A stretch of 64,000 nucleotides of DNA, from contig DATKCA010000239.1 in the NCBI GenBank assembly GCA_035544675.1, positions 7,703-71,702 of the forward strand. Reading direction: 5' to 3'. Of the stretch, positions 37,341 through 46,525 are shown piece after piece. Below the pieces are notes generated by a model. It had not been told where the DNA came from, made no database searches, and saw nothing but the letters and a program-made list of their open reading frames with translations. A program made the position numbers and the translations under genes. The stretch is from Thermoanaerobaculia bacterium. Lineage in GTDB: Bacteria; Acidobacteriota; Thermoanaerobaculia; Gp7-AA8. The number at the start of each line of letters is the position of its first letter. Position 1 is the first letter of the stretch.

Positions 37341-39140
37341 ATGCTGACCGACCGCGCCACCCGCCCGCAGACCCGCTCTGACACCCGAAGCTACAAGGGC
37401 ATCGGTGTCTCGCCGGGCATCGCCATCGGCCGGGCCGTCATCGTCGAGAAGCGCGTCGGCGCCGTGTACCGCGTTCCCATCCGTGAGGAAGAGGTCGGCG
37501 GCGAGGTGACCCGGTTCATGGAGTCGCTCGAGACCACCCGGTTGGCCCTGCTGGAGCTGAAGCAGAAAGTCAGCCGCTCCATGGGCGATGAGTTCGCCTC
37601 GATCTTCGAGGCGCATGCCATGATCCTGAGCGATCCCTCGTTCGCCGACAAGGTCATCCAGAAGATCGAGTCCGAGGGGGTCAACGCCGAGTGGGCGCTT
37701 TCCGAGGTGCAGGAGGAGTACGAGGCGCGCTTTCAGAGCTTCGAAGATGAGTACCTGCGCGAGCGCATGGCCGACGTCAAGGACGTCGCCGAGCGTGTCC
37801 TGCTGCACCTCTCCGGCATTGCGCACCACGACCTCTCCGAGATCAAGCACGATGTGATCATCCTGGCCGAGGACCTGACTCCGTCGGACACGATCCACTT
37901 CAATCGCCGTCCCATCGTCGGCTTCGCCACCGAATCGGGCGGCCGGACATCACACACGTCCATCATCGCCAAGTCGCTGTTCATGCCGGCCGTCATCGGC
38001 GTGCCGCGGCTGACCAAGATGATCGACAACGACGAGTTGCTCATCGTCGACGGGTATGAGGGGACGGTCGTCGTCAACCCCACACCGGCCATGATCTCCG
38101 AGTACCGGACTCGCGTTTCCAGGCACGAAGAGGCGGAGAATCGGCTGCTCGAGAACCGCGCGTTCCCGTCGATCACCAGGGACAACCGCCAGATCTCGCT
38201 GCAGGCGAACATCGAGCTCGTGGAGGAGCTCGACGACGCGCGCCGCTTCGGCGCGGAAGCGATCGGCCTTTATCGGTCCGAGTTCCTGTACATCTCCAAG
38301 AGTCCCGACCTTCCCACCGAGGAAGAGCACTACCTCGTCTACAGGCAGCTGGCCGAGGCCATGGCGCCGAATCCATGCGTGATCAGGACGTTCGACCTCG
38401 GCGGCAAGAAGCTCGCCCGCGAAGTCATGGGCAGCAAGGAGGACAACCCCGTTCTCGGCCTCCGCGCCCTGCGGCTGTGCATGAAGCACCGGGAGATGTT
38501 CAAGGTGCAGCTCCGCGCGCTCCTGCGCGCCTCCGCATTCGGAAATCTGCGGATCATGTTTCCGCTGGTCTCGGGCGTGCAGGAGTTGCGGCAGGTCAAG
38601 ACGCTGGTGCGCGAGCTGAAGAACGAGCTCGACTCCCAGGGTGTGAAGTACAACCGCGAGGTCAAGATCGGGATCATGATCGAGGTTCCGTCGGCCGCCC
38701 TGATCGCCGACTTCCTGGCGACCGAGGCCGACTTCTTCGCCATCGGCACGAACGACCTGATCCAGTACTCACTGGCCATCGACCGCTCCAATGAGAACGT
38801 CAGCTATCTGTACGAGCCGCTTCATCCCGGGCTGCTGCGCCTCATCAAAAGCGTCATCGACGCCGGCAAGCAGGCCGGAATCCCCGTCTCGCTGTGCGGC
38901 GAGATGGCGTCCGACCCCATCTACGCGATCGTTCTCCTGGGACTGGGGCTGGAGATCTTTTCGATGAATCCGTCCAGCATCCCGGTGATCAAGAACGTGG
39001 TGCGGTCGGTGCGCTACCGCGACTGCCGGCGCATCGCCGAAATCGCATTGCAGAAGAAGACCGCGCAGGAGATCGAGGAGTTCGTCATCGAGAGCGTGGC
39101 CATGCGTTTCCCCGAAGGACTCGTAGGAAAGGACGAATGA
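37341..39140 (+). CDS. ptsI: Phosphoenolpyruvate-protein phosphotransferase (PTS enzyme I)
   Basis: Phospho-His domain GGRTSHTSIIAKS and the PEP-utilising C-terminal domain (LCGEMAS); 599 aa. Confidence 0.9.
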   Translation: MLTDRATRPQTRSDTRSYKGIGVSPGIAIGRAVIVEKRVGAVYRVPIREEEVGGEVTRFMESLETTRLALLELKQKVSRSMGDEFASIFEAHAMILSDPSFADKVIQKIESEGVNAEWALSEVQEEYEARFQSFEDEYLRERMADVKDVAERVLLHLSGIAHHDLSEIKHDVIILAEDLTPSDTIHFNRRPIVGFATESGGRTSHTSIIAKSLFMPAVIGVPRLTKMIDNDELLIVDGYEGTVVVNPTPAMISEYRTRVSRHEEAENRLLENRAFPSITRDNRQISLQANIELVEELDDARRFGAEAIGLYRSEFLYISKSPDLPTEEEHYLVYRQLAEAMAPNPCVIRTFDLGGKKLAREVMGSKEDNPVLGLRALRLCMKHREMFKVQLRALLRASAFGNLRIMFPLVSGVQELRQVKTLVRELKNELDSQGVKYNREVKIGIMIEVPSAALIADFLATEADFFAIGTNDLIQYSLAIDRSNENVSYLYEPLHPGLLRLIKSVIDAGKQAGIPVSLCGEMASDPIYAIVLLGLGLEIFSMNPSSIPVIKNVVRSVRYRDCRRIAEIALQKKTAQEIEEFVIESVAMRFPEGLVGKDE

Positions 39141-39529
39141 CCCGGACCACAGAAGATGTTTTCGCCCTCAGCGACATCAGGAGAGTGCCGAAGCCGTGGG
39201 GCTACGAGCTGATCTTCGCGAAGACCGACCGCTATGTCGGGAAGATCCTGCACGTCAACCGCGGCCAGTCTCTCAGCCTGCAGTACCACGAAGTGAAAGA
39301 CGAGACCCTCTTCGTCGTCAGCGGAGAGCTGCGTCTGACGATCGAGTGGGAGGGGGACCGTCGCGAGATGCCTCTGCGCGAAGGCGAGGCGTTTCACATC
39401 CGCCCCCGGATGATTCACCGGATGGAAGCCGTCAGCGACACCGACGTGGCCGAGGTCTCCACGACCGAGCTCGACGACGTGGTCAGGCTGGAAGACCGCT
39501 ACGGACGCGCAGGAACCTCCAAACCGTGA
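39137..39529 (+). CDS. Cupin-domain protein
   Basis: Cupin motifs G..LSLQYH and EAFHIRPRMIHRMEA; ATG overlaps the ptsI stop. Confidence 0.7.
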   Translation: MTRTTEDVFALSDIRRVPKPWGYELIFAKTDRYVGKILHVNRGQSLSLQYHEVKDETLFVVSGELRLTIEWEGDRREMPLREGEAFHIRPRMIHRMEAVSDTDVAEVSTTELDDVVRLEDRYGRAGTSKP

Positions 39530-40095
39530 AGAGACTGTTCGCACTGCTGATCGCTGCGATGCTGGCTGGAGCGCCGCCGTTCCTGGCGGCGGAGGACGAG
39601 AGAGACACCGCCAGGAATGGCGGCGCCCCACAGGAGCAGGAGTCGCCACAGGAGCAGAAGCCTCCGAAGAAGACCGACCCGCTCATCGAAGCCGCGAAGG
39701 CGGCGAAGTCGCAGCGGAAGAAGACCTCCACCAAGGTCATCACCAACGCCGACGTGAAGAGGTCGAAGGGCAAGCTGATCGTCATCGACTCCAAGGCGCC
39801 GGCGGAGAAGAAGGCGCCGGTGGCCACCGAGTCGTCGCTGCAAAAGCAGGATGAGCGATACAAGGCGCGCCTGGCGGCCCAGGAGGGGCTGGTCGAGGCG
39901 GAGAAGGACGTCGCGGAGCGGCAGAAGGAGCTCGAGCTGATCGAGCAGCGTTACTACCAGGAGAACGATCCGAACTACCGCGACACCGTTCTGCAGGAGC
40001 GCTTCGCGCAGGTCAAGCGGCAGCTCGAGGACGCCCGGGCCGCCGCGGCCGACGCGCGCGATGCTCTTCAGAAGATCGAGGCGCCTCAGCCGTGA
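39526..40095 (+). CDS. Secreted coiled-coil protein (hypothetical) carrying an in-frame family-C palindromic element
   Basis: Signal peptide MKRLFALLIAAMLAGAPPFLAA followed by a K/E/Q-rich coiled-coil region. The element GCCAGGAATGGCGGCGCCCCACAG encodes ARNGGAPQ. GTG start overlaps the cupin stop. Confidence 0.55.
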   Translation: MKRLFALLIAAMLAGAPPFLAAEDERDTARNGGAPQEQESPQEQKPPKKTDPLIEAAKAAKSQRKKTSTKVITNADVKRSKGKLIVIDSKAPAEKKAPVATESSLQKQDERYKARLAAQEGLVEAEKDVAERQKELELIEQRYYQENDPNYRDTVLQERFAQVKRQLEDARAAAADARDALQKIEAPQP

Positions 40096-41387
40096 GCAAC
40101 ACCTTCTTCATCGAGACGTGGGGCTGCCAGATGAACGATCTGGACACCCAGAGGCTCTCCGGCAGTCTCAAGCTCCGCGGCTGGCAGCGTGTCGAGAACG
40201 AGGACGAAGCCTCGCTCATCCTCCTCAACACCTGCAGCATCCGCGAGAAATCGGAACAGAAGGTCTTTTCCCGGCTTGGCGAGTTGCGCGAGCTGAAGCG
40301 GGTGACCGGCGTCCGCGTCGGCGTGGCCGGCTGCGTCGCGCAGCAGGAAGGGGAGAGGATCCTCCAGCGCGCGCCCTGGGTCGACTTCGTCATGGGGCCC
40401 GGCAATGTCGGCTATCTCGACGAAGTGCTGGGAGGAGCGCGAAGGGTGGCCACCGATTTTCCGGAGGACCGGCGCTACGACTATCTGACCATGGACCGCC
40501 CTTCGGCCACGAAAGCACAGGTCACCATCATCGAAGGCTGCAACAAGAACTGCACGTTCTGCATCGTGCCCACGACCCGCGGCCGCGAGGTCTCGCGGCC
40601 GTTCGACGACGTCATCGCGGAGTGCCGCGCCGCGGTCGAGACCGGCCGCGTCGAGATCGAGCTGCTCGGCCAGACCGTGAACGCGTATCGCTGTCCGGGG
40701 AGCGGGCGCGACTTCGGCGCACTGCTCTCGGCCGTCGCGGTGATCGCCGGCCTGGTCCGCCTCCGGTTCATGACCTCGCATCCCGCCGCGGTGAGCCACA
40801 GCATGATCGCGGCGATGCGCGACCACGCCACCATCTCGCGCTACCTCCACCTGCCAGTGCAATCCGGCTCCTCGGCCGTGCTGCGGCGGATGAAGCGCCT
40901 CTACACCCGCGAGAATTACCTCGAGGTGCTGGACCGCATCCGCCAGGCCATCCCCCTCATCCATTTCTCGACCGACATCATCGTCGGCTTCCCGGGAGAG
41001 ACCGAGGACGACTTCCGGCAGTCGCTGAGTCTCATCGAGGAGGTGGGCTACGGATCGCTCTTCGCCTTCAAGTATTCGCCGCGGCCGGGGACGCCGGCCC
41101 TGAAAATCGGCGCTCCTGTACCGGACGACGTCGCCTCCGAGCGGCTCACCAGGCTGTTCGACCTGCACGAGCGGATCAAGCGCCAGCGCCTGGAGTCCTA
41201 CCGTGGCCGGGTCCTTCCCGTCCTCTACGACGGGCCCAGCCGCAATGATCCTGCGGTGCTGGCGGGCCGGACGGACGATAATTGGGTCGTGAACTTCACC
41301 GGCGACCCCACCACACCTCTCGGAACTCTGGTCGGCGTGCGCATCGAAGAGGCCCAGCATCACACCCTGCGAGGGGAGGCGGTGTGA
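40092..41387 (+). CDS. miaB: tRNA-2-methylthio-N6-dimethylallyladenosine synthase (radical SAM methylthiotransferase)
   Basis: MTTase N-domain (ETWGCQMN), radical SAM CNKNCTFC motif and a C-terminal TRAM domain. Confidence 0.85.
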   Translation: MSNTFFIETWGCQMNDLDTQRLSGSLKLRGWQRVENEDEASLILLNTCSIREKSEQKVFSRLGELRELKRVTGVRVGVAGCVAQQEGERILQRAPWVDFVMGPGNVGYLDEVLGGARRVATDFPEDRRYDYLTMDRPSATKAQVTIIEGCNKNCTFCIVPTTRGREVSRPFDDVIAECRAAVETGRVEIELLGQTVNAYRCPGSGRDFGALLSAVAVIAGLVRLRFMTSHPAAVSHSMIAAMRDHATISRYLHLPVQSGSSAVLRRMKRLYTRENYLEVLDRIRQAIPLIHFSTDIIVGFPGETEDDFRQSLSLIEEVGYGSLFAFKYSPRPGTPALKIGAPVPDDVASERLTRLFDLHERIKRQRLESYRGRVLPVLYDGPSRNDPAVLAGRTDDNWVVNFTGDPTTPLGTLVGVRIEEAQHHTLRGEAV

Positions 41388-41407
41388 GCCTCATCCAACT
41401 CGTGCCG

Positions 41408-41878
41408 ATGTCCATCAAGGGTCTGATGCTCGATCCCGTCTCGAACTCGCCGATCGTCGTGTTGAAGGACGAGCAGGAGAAGTTCTTCCTTCCGATCTGG
41501 GTGGGCATCTTCGAGGCCAACGCCATCGCGCTGCAGCTCGAGAGCGTGACGACGCCGCGGCCGATGACGCACGACCTTCTGCGCAACATGATCTCGGAAC
41601 TGGACGCGCGGGTGACGCGCATCGTCATCAACGACCTGCGGGACAGCACATTCTTCGCGCAGATCCGTGTCGTGACCGGGGAGCGCACCCTCGAGCTGGA
41701 CGCGCGTCCCAGCGACGCCATCGCCCTCGCCCTCAGAACCGAGGCGCCGATCTTCGTGGCCCAGACGGTGCTCGACCAGGCGCAGACGATCTCACCCGAC
41801 GGCGACGATCAGGACGAGAAGCTCAAGAAGTGGTTCGAGCAGCTCGGCCCGGACGACCTCGGCAAGTACAAGATGTAG
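41408..41878 (+). CDS. Bifunctional nuclease (BFN/DUF151) family protein
   Basis: PIVVLKDEQEKFFLPIWVGIFEANAI motif. Start candidates are 41384 (GTG), 41402 (GTG) and 41408 (ATG). Confidence 0.7.
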   Translation: MSIKGLMLDPVSNSPIVVLKDEQEKFFLPIWVGIFEANAIALQLESVTTPRPMTHDLLRNMISELDARVTRIVINDLRDSTFFAQIRVVTGERTLELDARPSDAIALALRTEAPIFVAQTVLDQAQTISPDGDDQDEKLKKWFEQLGPDDLGKYKM

Positions 41879-41879
41879 G

Positions 41880-41930
41880 AAACCCGGTAACCGGAAACCG
41901 GTAGCCGGTAACCGGTAACCGTCCGGTACA
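41880..41930. repeat. GGTAACC/GGAAACC heptamer direct-repeat element
   Basis: CCGGTAACCGGAAACCGGTAGCCGGTAACCGGTAACCG. Confidence 0.65.
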
Positions 41931-41945
41931 ATCGCTCCAGACCGA

Positions 41946-42701
41946 ATGATCATTACGGTAGCCAATCAAAAAGGTGGCGTCGGAAAGACCACCACGACCA
42001 TCAATCTGGCTGCCGCCGTCGCCAACAAGGGCTTCAAGACCCTCCTGATCGATCTCGATCCCCAGGCCAATTCGACGATGAGCTACGTCGACCCGCGGGC
42101 GGTGGGCCGCTCGATGTTCGACGTGCTGGTGAGCGAGGAGACCCCGTTCCGCGACGTCATCGTCGCGACGCCGGTCGAGCACCTCTCCATCGCCCCATCC
42201 AGGATCTCCCTGGCCAAGCTCGAGTCGAAGCTCATCGGCGAGCTGGACGGCCCCTTCCGGCTGAAGGACAAGATCAAGGACGTCACCGACGCATACGACT
42301 ATGTCTTCATCGACACACCGCCGACGCTCGGCATGATCACGGTGAACGCGCTGGTGGCGTCCACGCACGTGCTCGTGCCGATCCAATCGTCGTATTTCGC
42401 ACTGGAGGGAACGGACGATCTGCTGGAGACGATCGAGAAGATCAAGGCCCGCCCCAACCCGAACCTCCAGCTCCTCGGCGTGGTCATCACGATGCACGAC
42501 CGGCGGACGACGCTGGCCAAGGACATCCACGACCAGATCGGACAGGTATTCGGCGATCGCCTGTTCAACACCGTGATCACGAAGTCGATCCGGCTCGAGG
42601 AGAGCCCGGCGTACAAAGAATCGATCTTCACCTTTGCGCCGAAGTCGAGCGGGGCGATGGAGTACTACAGTCTGTCCGAGGAGATTCTTTCTCGTGTTTA
42701 G
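41946..42701 (+). CDS. parA: Chromosome partitioning ATPase ParA/Soj
   Basis: Deviant Walker A NQKGGVGKTTTT. Confidence 0.9.
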   Translation: MIITVANQKGGVGKTTTTINLAAAVANKGFKTLLIDLDPQANSTMSYVDPRAVGRSMFDVLVSEETPFRDVIVATPVEHLSIAPSRISLAKLESKLIGELDGPFRLKDKIKDVTDAYDYVFIDTPPTLGMITVNALVASTHVLVPIQSSYFALEGTDDLLETIEKIKARPNPNLQLLGVVITMHDRRTTLAKDIHDQIGQVFGDRLFNTVITKSIRLEESPAYKESIFTFAPKSSGAMEYYSLSEEILSRV

Positions 42702-42716
42702 TCAAAGGACCTTCCC

Positions 42717-43550
42717 ATGGCCATGAAACGCGGATTGCCCGAGCGCGCCACGATGCGCCACGACTCCCACTACGTCGAGGAGCTGACAAAGCGCTCCGGA
42801 CGGCACATCGGATCGATGATCCCGCTGTCGATCATCGAGCCGAACTCCGAGCAGCCCCGCACGAACCTGGGCAACATCGAGGAGCTGGCCGCGTCGGTGC
42901 GGGAGAAGGGCGTGCTCGAGCCGATCCTGGTGCGCTCCGTCGGGCCGAACCGCTATCAGATCATCTCCGGTGAGCGGCGTTTCCGCGCCGCCTCGATGGC
43001 CGGTCTGGACGAGATCCCGGCCATCGAGCTCGATGTGGACGACAAGGAGACGGTCGAGATCGCCCTCATCGAGAACATCCAGCGCAAGGACCTCACCGCG
43101 TTCGAAGAGGCGGAGGGTTTCCAGCTGCTGCAGCAGAAGTTCGGCTACACGCACGAGAAGATCTCGCAGGTGATCGGGAAGTCGCGCACCACGATCACCG
43201 AGACGCTGATGATCAACGACATCCCCGACCGCATCCGCGCGCTCTGCCGGGAGGCGGGGATCGCCAACAAGTCGGTGCTGGTGCAGGTTTCGAGAGCAGG
43301 CGACGAGAAGGCCATGGAGCAGCTCGTGCGCAGCATGGCGGCGGGGGAGATGTCCCGGGCCGATCTGCGCAGGCAGACCGCCGCACGCCCCGAGCCGAAG
43401 AAAGCCGGCCGCCCGAAACACTTCACGTATCAGCTGAAGGACAAGGCCCTGCCATACACGCTGAACCTCTCCTTCAAGAAGGCGAACGTGGAGAAGGCGG
43501 AAGTGATCCAGGCCGTGCGCGAGCTGCTGCGGCGCCTGGAATCGGACTAG
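42717..43550 (+). CDS. parB: Chromosome partitioning protein ParB/Spo0J
   Basis: ParB box (EPILVR..G..YQIISGERRFRAA) and an HTH (ISQVIGKSRTTITETL). Confidence 0.9.
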   Translation: MAMKRGLPERATMRHDSHYVEELTKRSGRHIGSMIPLSIIEPNSEQPRTNLGNIEELAASVREKGVLEPILVRSVGPNRYQIISGERRFRAASMAGLDEIPAIELDVDDKETVEIALIENIQRKDLTAFEEAEGFQLLQQKFGYTHEKISQVIGKSRTTITETLMINDIPDRIRALCREAGIANKSVLVQVSRAGDEKAMEQLVRSMAAGEMSRADLRRQTAARPEPKKAGRPKHFTYQLKDKALPYTLNLSFKKANVEKAEVIQAVRELLRRLESD

Positions 43551-43609
43551 CGGACACCGGCGCCCCAATGGGTCCGGGCGGGTCTCTACCAGGTGGTATC
43601 GTCGGGGTC

Positions 43610-43795
43610 ATGGCGGAGAATCCACGAAGGGACTGGCAGGACGCGCGCGGCGGCCGCATCGATCATCCGGACGGGGATCCGCTCGAATCGCCGCTGGACG
43701 CCGATGAGCGCGTCGACGAGGCCATCGCCGAGTCGTTTCCGGCCAGCGATCCGCCCTCGTGGAATGCGGGCCTGGACGACCTCGACGAGGTGTAG
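43610..43795 (+). CDS. Small acidic hypothetical protein (61 aa); weakly supported
   Basis: ORF alone; D/E-rich; no recognisable domain. Confidence 0.2.
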   Translation: MAENPRRDWQDARGGRIDHPDGDPLESPLDADERVDEAIAESFPASDPPSWNAGLDDLDEV

Positions 43796-43894
43796 GCCGG
43801 CGTCAATGTGGAGCGCCGCCGACTCGGCGGCCGCCTGAGTGCACGCCATTCCGCACGTTGAATTTAACATAATCTATCTTATGGGACGCTGTGG

Positions 43895-44035
43895 AAACCC
43901 TGCATGACTCCTTAGTCCTTAGTCCTTAGTCCTTAGGCCTTAGGGTTTCCACTGGCGTCCCTCGTGCTCCTAACGACTAAGGGCTAAGGCCTAAGGACCA
44001 GGGTCTAAGGACTAGGGTCTAAGGCGGCCTACAAT
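43895..44035. repeat. CCTTAGT-heptamer palindrome (about 140 nt)
   Basis: (TCCTTAG)x4-GCCTTAGGGTTTCC...-spacer-...CTAAGGGCTAAGGCCTAAGGACCAGGGTCTAAGGACTAGGGTCTAAGG. A family-C-like GTGGAGCGCCGCC element at about 43812-43850 and an AT-rich promoter-like stretch at 43855-43885 lie upstream. Confidence 0.8.
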
Positions 44036-44044
44036 TCGCGACGG

Positions 44045-46477
44045 ATGAACACCCTCTCCCGCTACATCCTCAAGGAAATGATCGGGCCGACCCTGCTCGG
44101 GTTTGCGTTCTACACCTCGATCATCCTCATGCAGAAGCTCTTCGACATGGCGGAGGTCATCATCCGCCGCTCCCTCACCGGGGACGTCGTCGGCAAGCTC
44201 CTGCTGCTCTCGCTGCCGCACATCATCGTCCTCACCGTCCCGATGTCGCTGCTGTTCGGCGTCCTCATCGCCGTCGGCCGCCTCTCCTCCGACTCCGAGA
44301 TCATCGCCATGCGCGCCCTCGGCATCTCCACGCGCACGATCTACCGGCCGGTGTTCATCTTCAGCTTCGCGATGTTCCTGTTGAACCTCTACCTGATCAA
44401 CGTCGTGATGCCGAAGGGCAACCGCGCGCTGCAGGACGTCCGCGCCGAGCTTCTGACCTCTTCCGCCGAGAAGGACATCAAGCCCCGCCTCTTCTACGAC
44501 GAGTACCCGAACCTCATGATCTACGTGAACGACGTCGATCCTGAGAGCGGCGAATGGCGCGGCGTCTTCGTCTCCGACAGCCGCAGCGCCACCTCACCCG
44601 AGGCCACGACGCCGGCGGATGTGATCCGGGAAGCGGCGGCGGATCGCGAGGCGGATCAGGCCGGCGTCCTGGCCCAACGAGGCGGCCAGCGCATCATCGT
44701 TGCCGATGCGGGCCGCCTGGCCATCCAGCGGCCGTCGAAACAGGTCTGGATGGACCTGCGAGGCGCCGAGACACACGTCTGGGATCCGCGCCGGGCGGAC
44801 CGATACGACCTCAATCGGAATGAGAGCCAGCGGCGGCTGGTCGCCGACACCGGGTCGAAGGACCTGCCGGCCGGGGCGATGGCGCGGTCGCTGCGGGAGA
44901 TGAACCTGCAGGAGCTGTTCGCGCAGAGCCGCGCGCTCGAGGGGGTCGACAGCTACACGTACAACCTGGCGCAGGTCGAGATCCACAAGAAATTCGCGCT
45001 TCCGTTCGCCTGCATTGCCTTCGGGATCCTCGGATTGCCGCTCGGGATCACGAACCGGCGCGGCGGCAAAAGCTCAGGTTTTTCTTTAAGTATTGGCATC
45101 ATCCTCTTCTACTACGTGATGATCGACAACGGCGAGCAGCTCGCCGCCTCCGGTGCAGTCCCGCCGGCCGTCGGGATGTGGGCGGCCAACGTGATCCTGC
45201 TCGTGGCCGGCATCTACCTGCTGATCAGGGCGAACCGCGACATCGGAGCGCGCAGCACCGGCGGCGGAGTGGTCAACCGCGCCATCAGCGGGTTGCGGCA
45301 TCTGATGATGTCGCTGCGCCGCAGGAAGTCGCGCGGGAGGAACGCCGAGGACGATGATCCATCGCTGCTCAGCCGGCTGGACATCACGTTTCCGAACATC
45401 CTCGATCGGTACATCCTCCGTGAGTTCCTCAAGATCCTGCTGCTGGTGATCCTGTCGGTGATGGCGCTGTTCGTCATCGTGGAGTACACGGAGATGGCGG
45501 GTGCCGCCCGCGACAATCAGATTCCGGCCGGCACGATCATCTCGTACTTCCGCTTCTTCATGTTTCAGGTGCTGCACTGGACGCTGCCCATCTCCGTTCT
45601 GGTGGCCACGCTGGTGACGTTCGGAATGCTCTCCAGGAACAACGAGGTGACGGCGCTCAAGTCGGGGGGGGTCTCGCTCTACCGCGTGGCCCTGCCGATC
45701 GTCGTGGTTGCGGCGGCGATCAGCGCCGTCTCCTATCTGAATCTGGACTTCGTCCTCCCCTACACCACGCAGCGCGCCACAAAGATGAAGTCGATCATCA
45801 AGGGGCGGACACCGGTGGCGTCCACGGCGCAGGAGCAGAAGCTGTGGGTCTACGGCCAGGGCCGGTACCTGATGAACTTCCTGGCCTACGACAGGAACCG
45901 CGAAGAGCTGACGCAGGTGCAGGTGTTCGAGTTTCACCCCACTCGCTTCCGCCTGACGCGGCGCGTCTACGCGAACCACGCCAAATGGAACGGCCGGGCC
46001 TGGGTCTTCAGCGATGGATGGGTGCGCTCGTTCACGGAGAGCGGCACATCGACGTACACGCCGATCATCCAGCCGCTGGCGCTGTTCTACCGGGAGACGC
46101 CGGAGGATTTCGAGAGCGAGGTGACCTCGCCGGAACAGATGACATTCGCGCAGCTGCGGCGCTACATCGACACGATCAGGAACTCCGGGTACGCGGCGGA
46201 CGAGCTGGCCGTCAAGCTGTACACAAAGACGTCATGGCCCGTGATCAGCCTGGTGATGGCGCTGATCGCGCTGCCCTTCGCGTTCCGGGTCGGGAAGCGC
46301 GGGGCGCTCTACGGCGTGGGGATCGCGCTGGTTCTGGGGATCGTCTACTGGATGGTGTTCGCGGTCTTCACGAAGTTCGGCGAGGTCGGCAACCTGCCCG
46401 CGCTCCTCTCGGCATGGAGCGCCAATGTGCTGTTCGCCATGGCCGCCGTGTACCTGTTCATCAACGTGGAGACGTGA
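44045..46477 (+). CDS. lptFG: Fused LPS export permease LptF-LptG (two YjgP/YjgQ modules in one 810-aa polypeptide)
   Basis: The first module starts LSRYILKEMIGPTLLGF and the second starts LDRYILREFLKILLLV at about residue 435. There is no in-frame stop between them, and each module has its own periplasmic beta-jellyroll insert. Confidence 0.8.
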   Translation: MNTLSRYILKEMIGPTLLGFAFYTSIILMQKLFDMAEVIIRRSLTGDVVGKLLLLSLPHIIVLTVPMSLLFGVLIAVGRLSSDSEIIAMRALGISTRTIYRPVFIFSFAMFLLNLYLINVVMPKGNRALQDVRAELLTSSAEKDIKPRLFYDEYPNLMIYVNDVDPESGEWRGVFVSDSRSATSPEATTPADVIREAAADREADQAGVLAQRGGQRIIVADAGRLAIQRPSKQVWMDLRGAETHVWDPRRADRYDLNRNESQRRLVADTGSKDLPAGAMARSLREMNLQELFAQSRALEGVDSYTYNLAQVEIHKKFALPFACIAFGILGLPLGITNRRGGKSSGFSLSIGIILFYYVMIDNGEQLAASGAVPPAVGMWAANVILLVAGIYLLIRANRDIGARSTGGGVVNRAISGLRHLMMSLRRRKSRGRNAEDDDPSLLSRLDITFPNILDRYILREFLKILLLVILSVMALFVIVEYTEMAGAARDNQIPAGTIISYFRFFMFQVLHWTLPISVLVATLVTFGMLSRNNEVTALKSGGVSLYRVALPIVVVAAAISAVSYLNLDFVLPYTTQRATKMKSIIKGRTPVASTAQEQKLWVYGQGRYLMNFLAYDRNREELTQVQVFEFHPTRFRLTRRVYANHAKWNGRAWVFSDGWVRSFTESGTSTYTPIIQPLALFYRETPEDFESEVTSPEQMTFAQLRRYIDTIRNSGYAADELAVKLYTKTSWPVISLVMALIALPFAFRVGKRGALYGVGIALVLGIVYWMVFAVFTKFGEVGNLPALLSAWSANVLFAMAAVYLFINVET

Positions 46478-46525
46478 CCGCGGTAACCGGAAACCGGTAA
46501 CCGGTAACCGGAAACCGGTTTCCGT
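46478..46525. repeat. GGTAACC/GGAAACC heptamer hairpin shared by convergent lptFG and pckA
   Basis: GGTAACCGGAAACCGGTAACCGGTAACCGGAAACCGGTTTCC. Confidence 0.7.
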
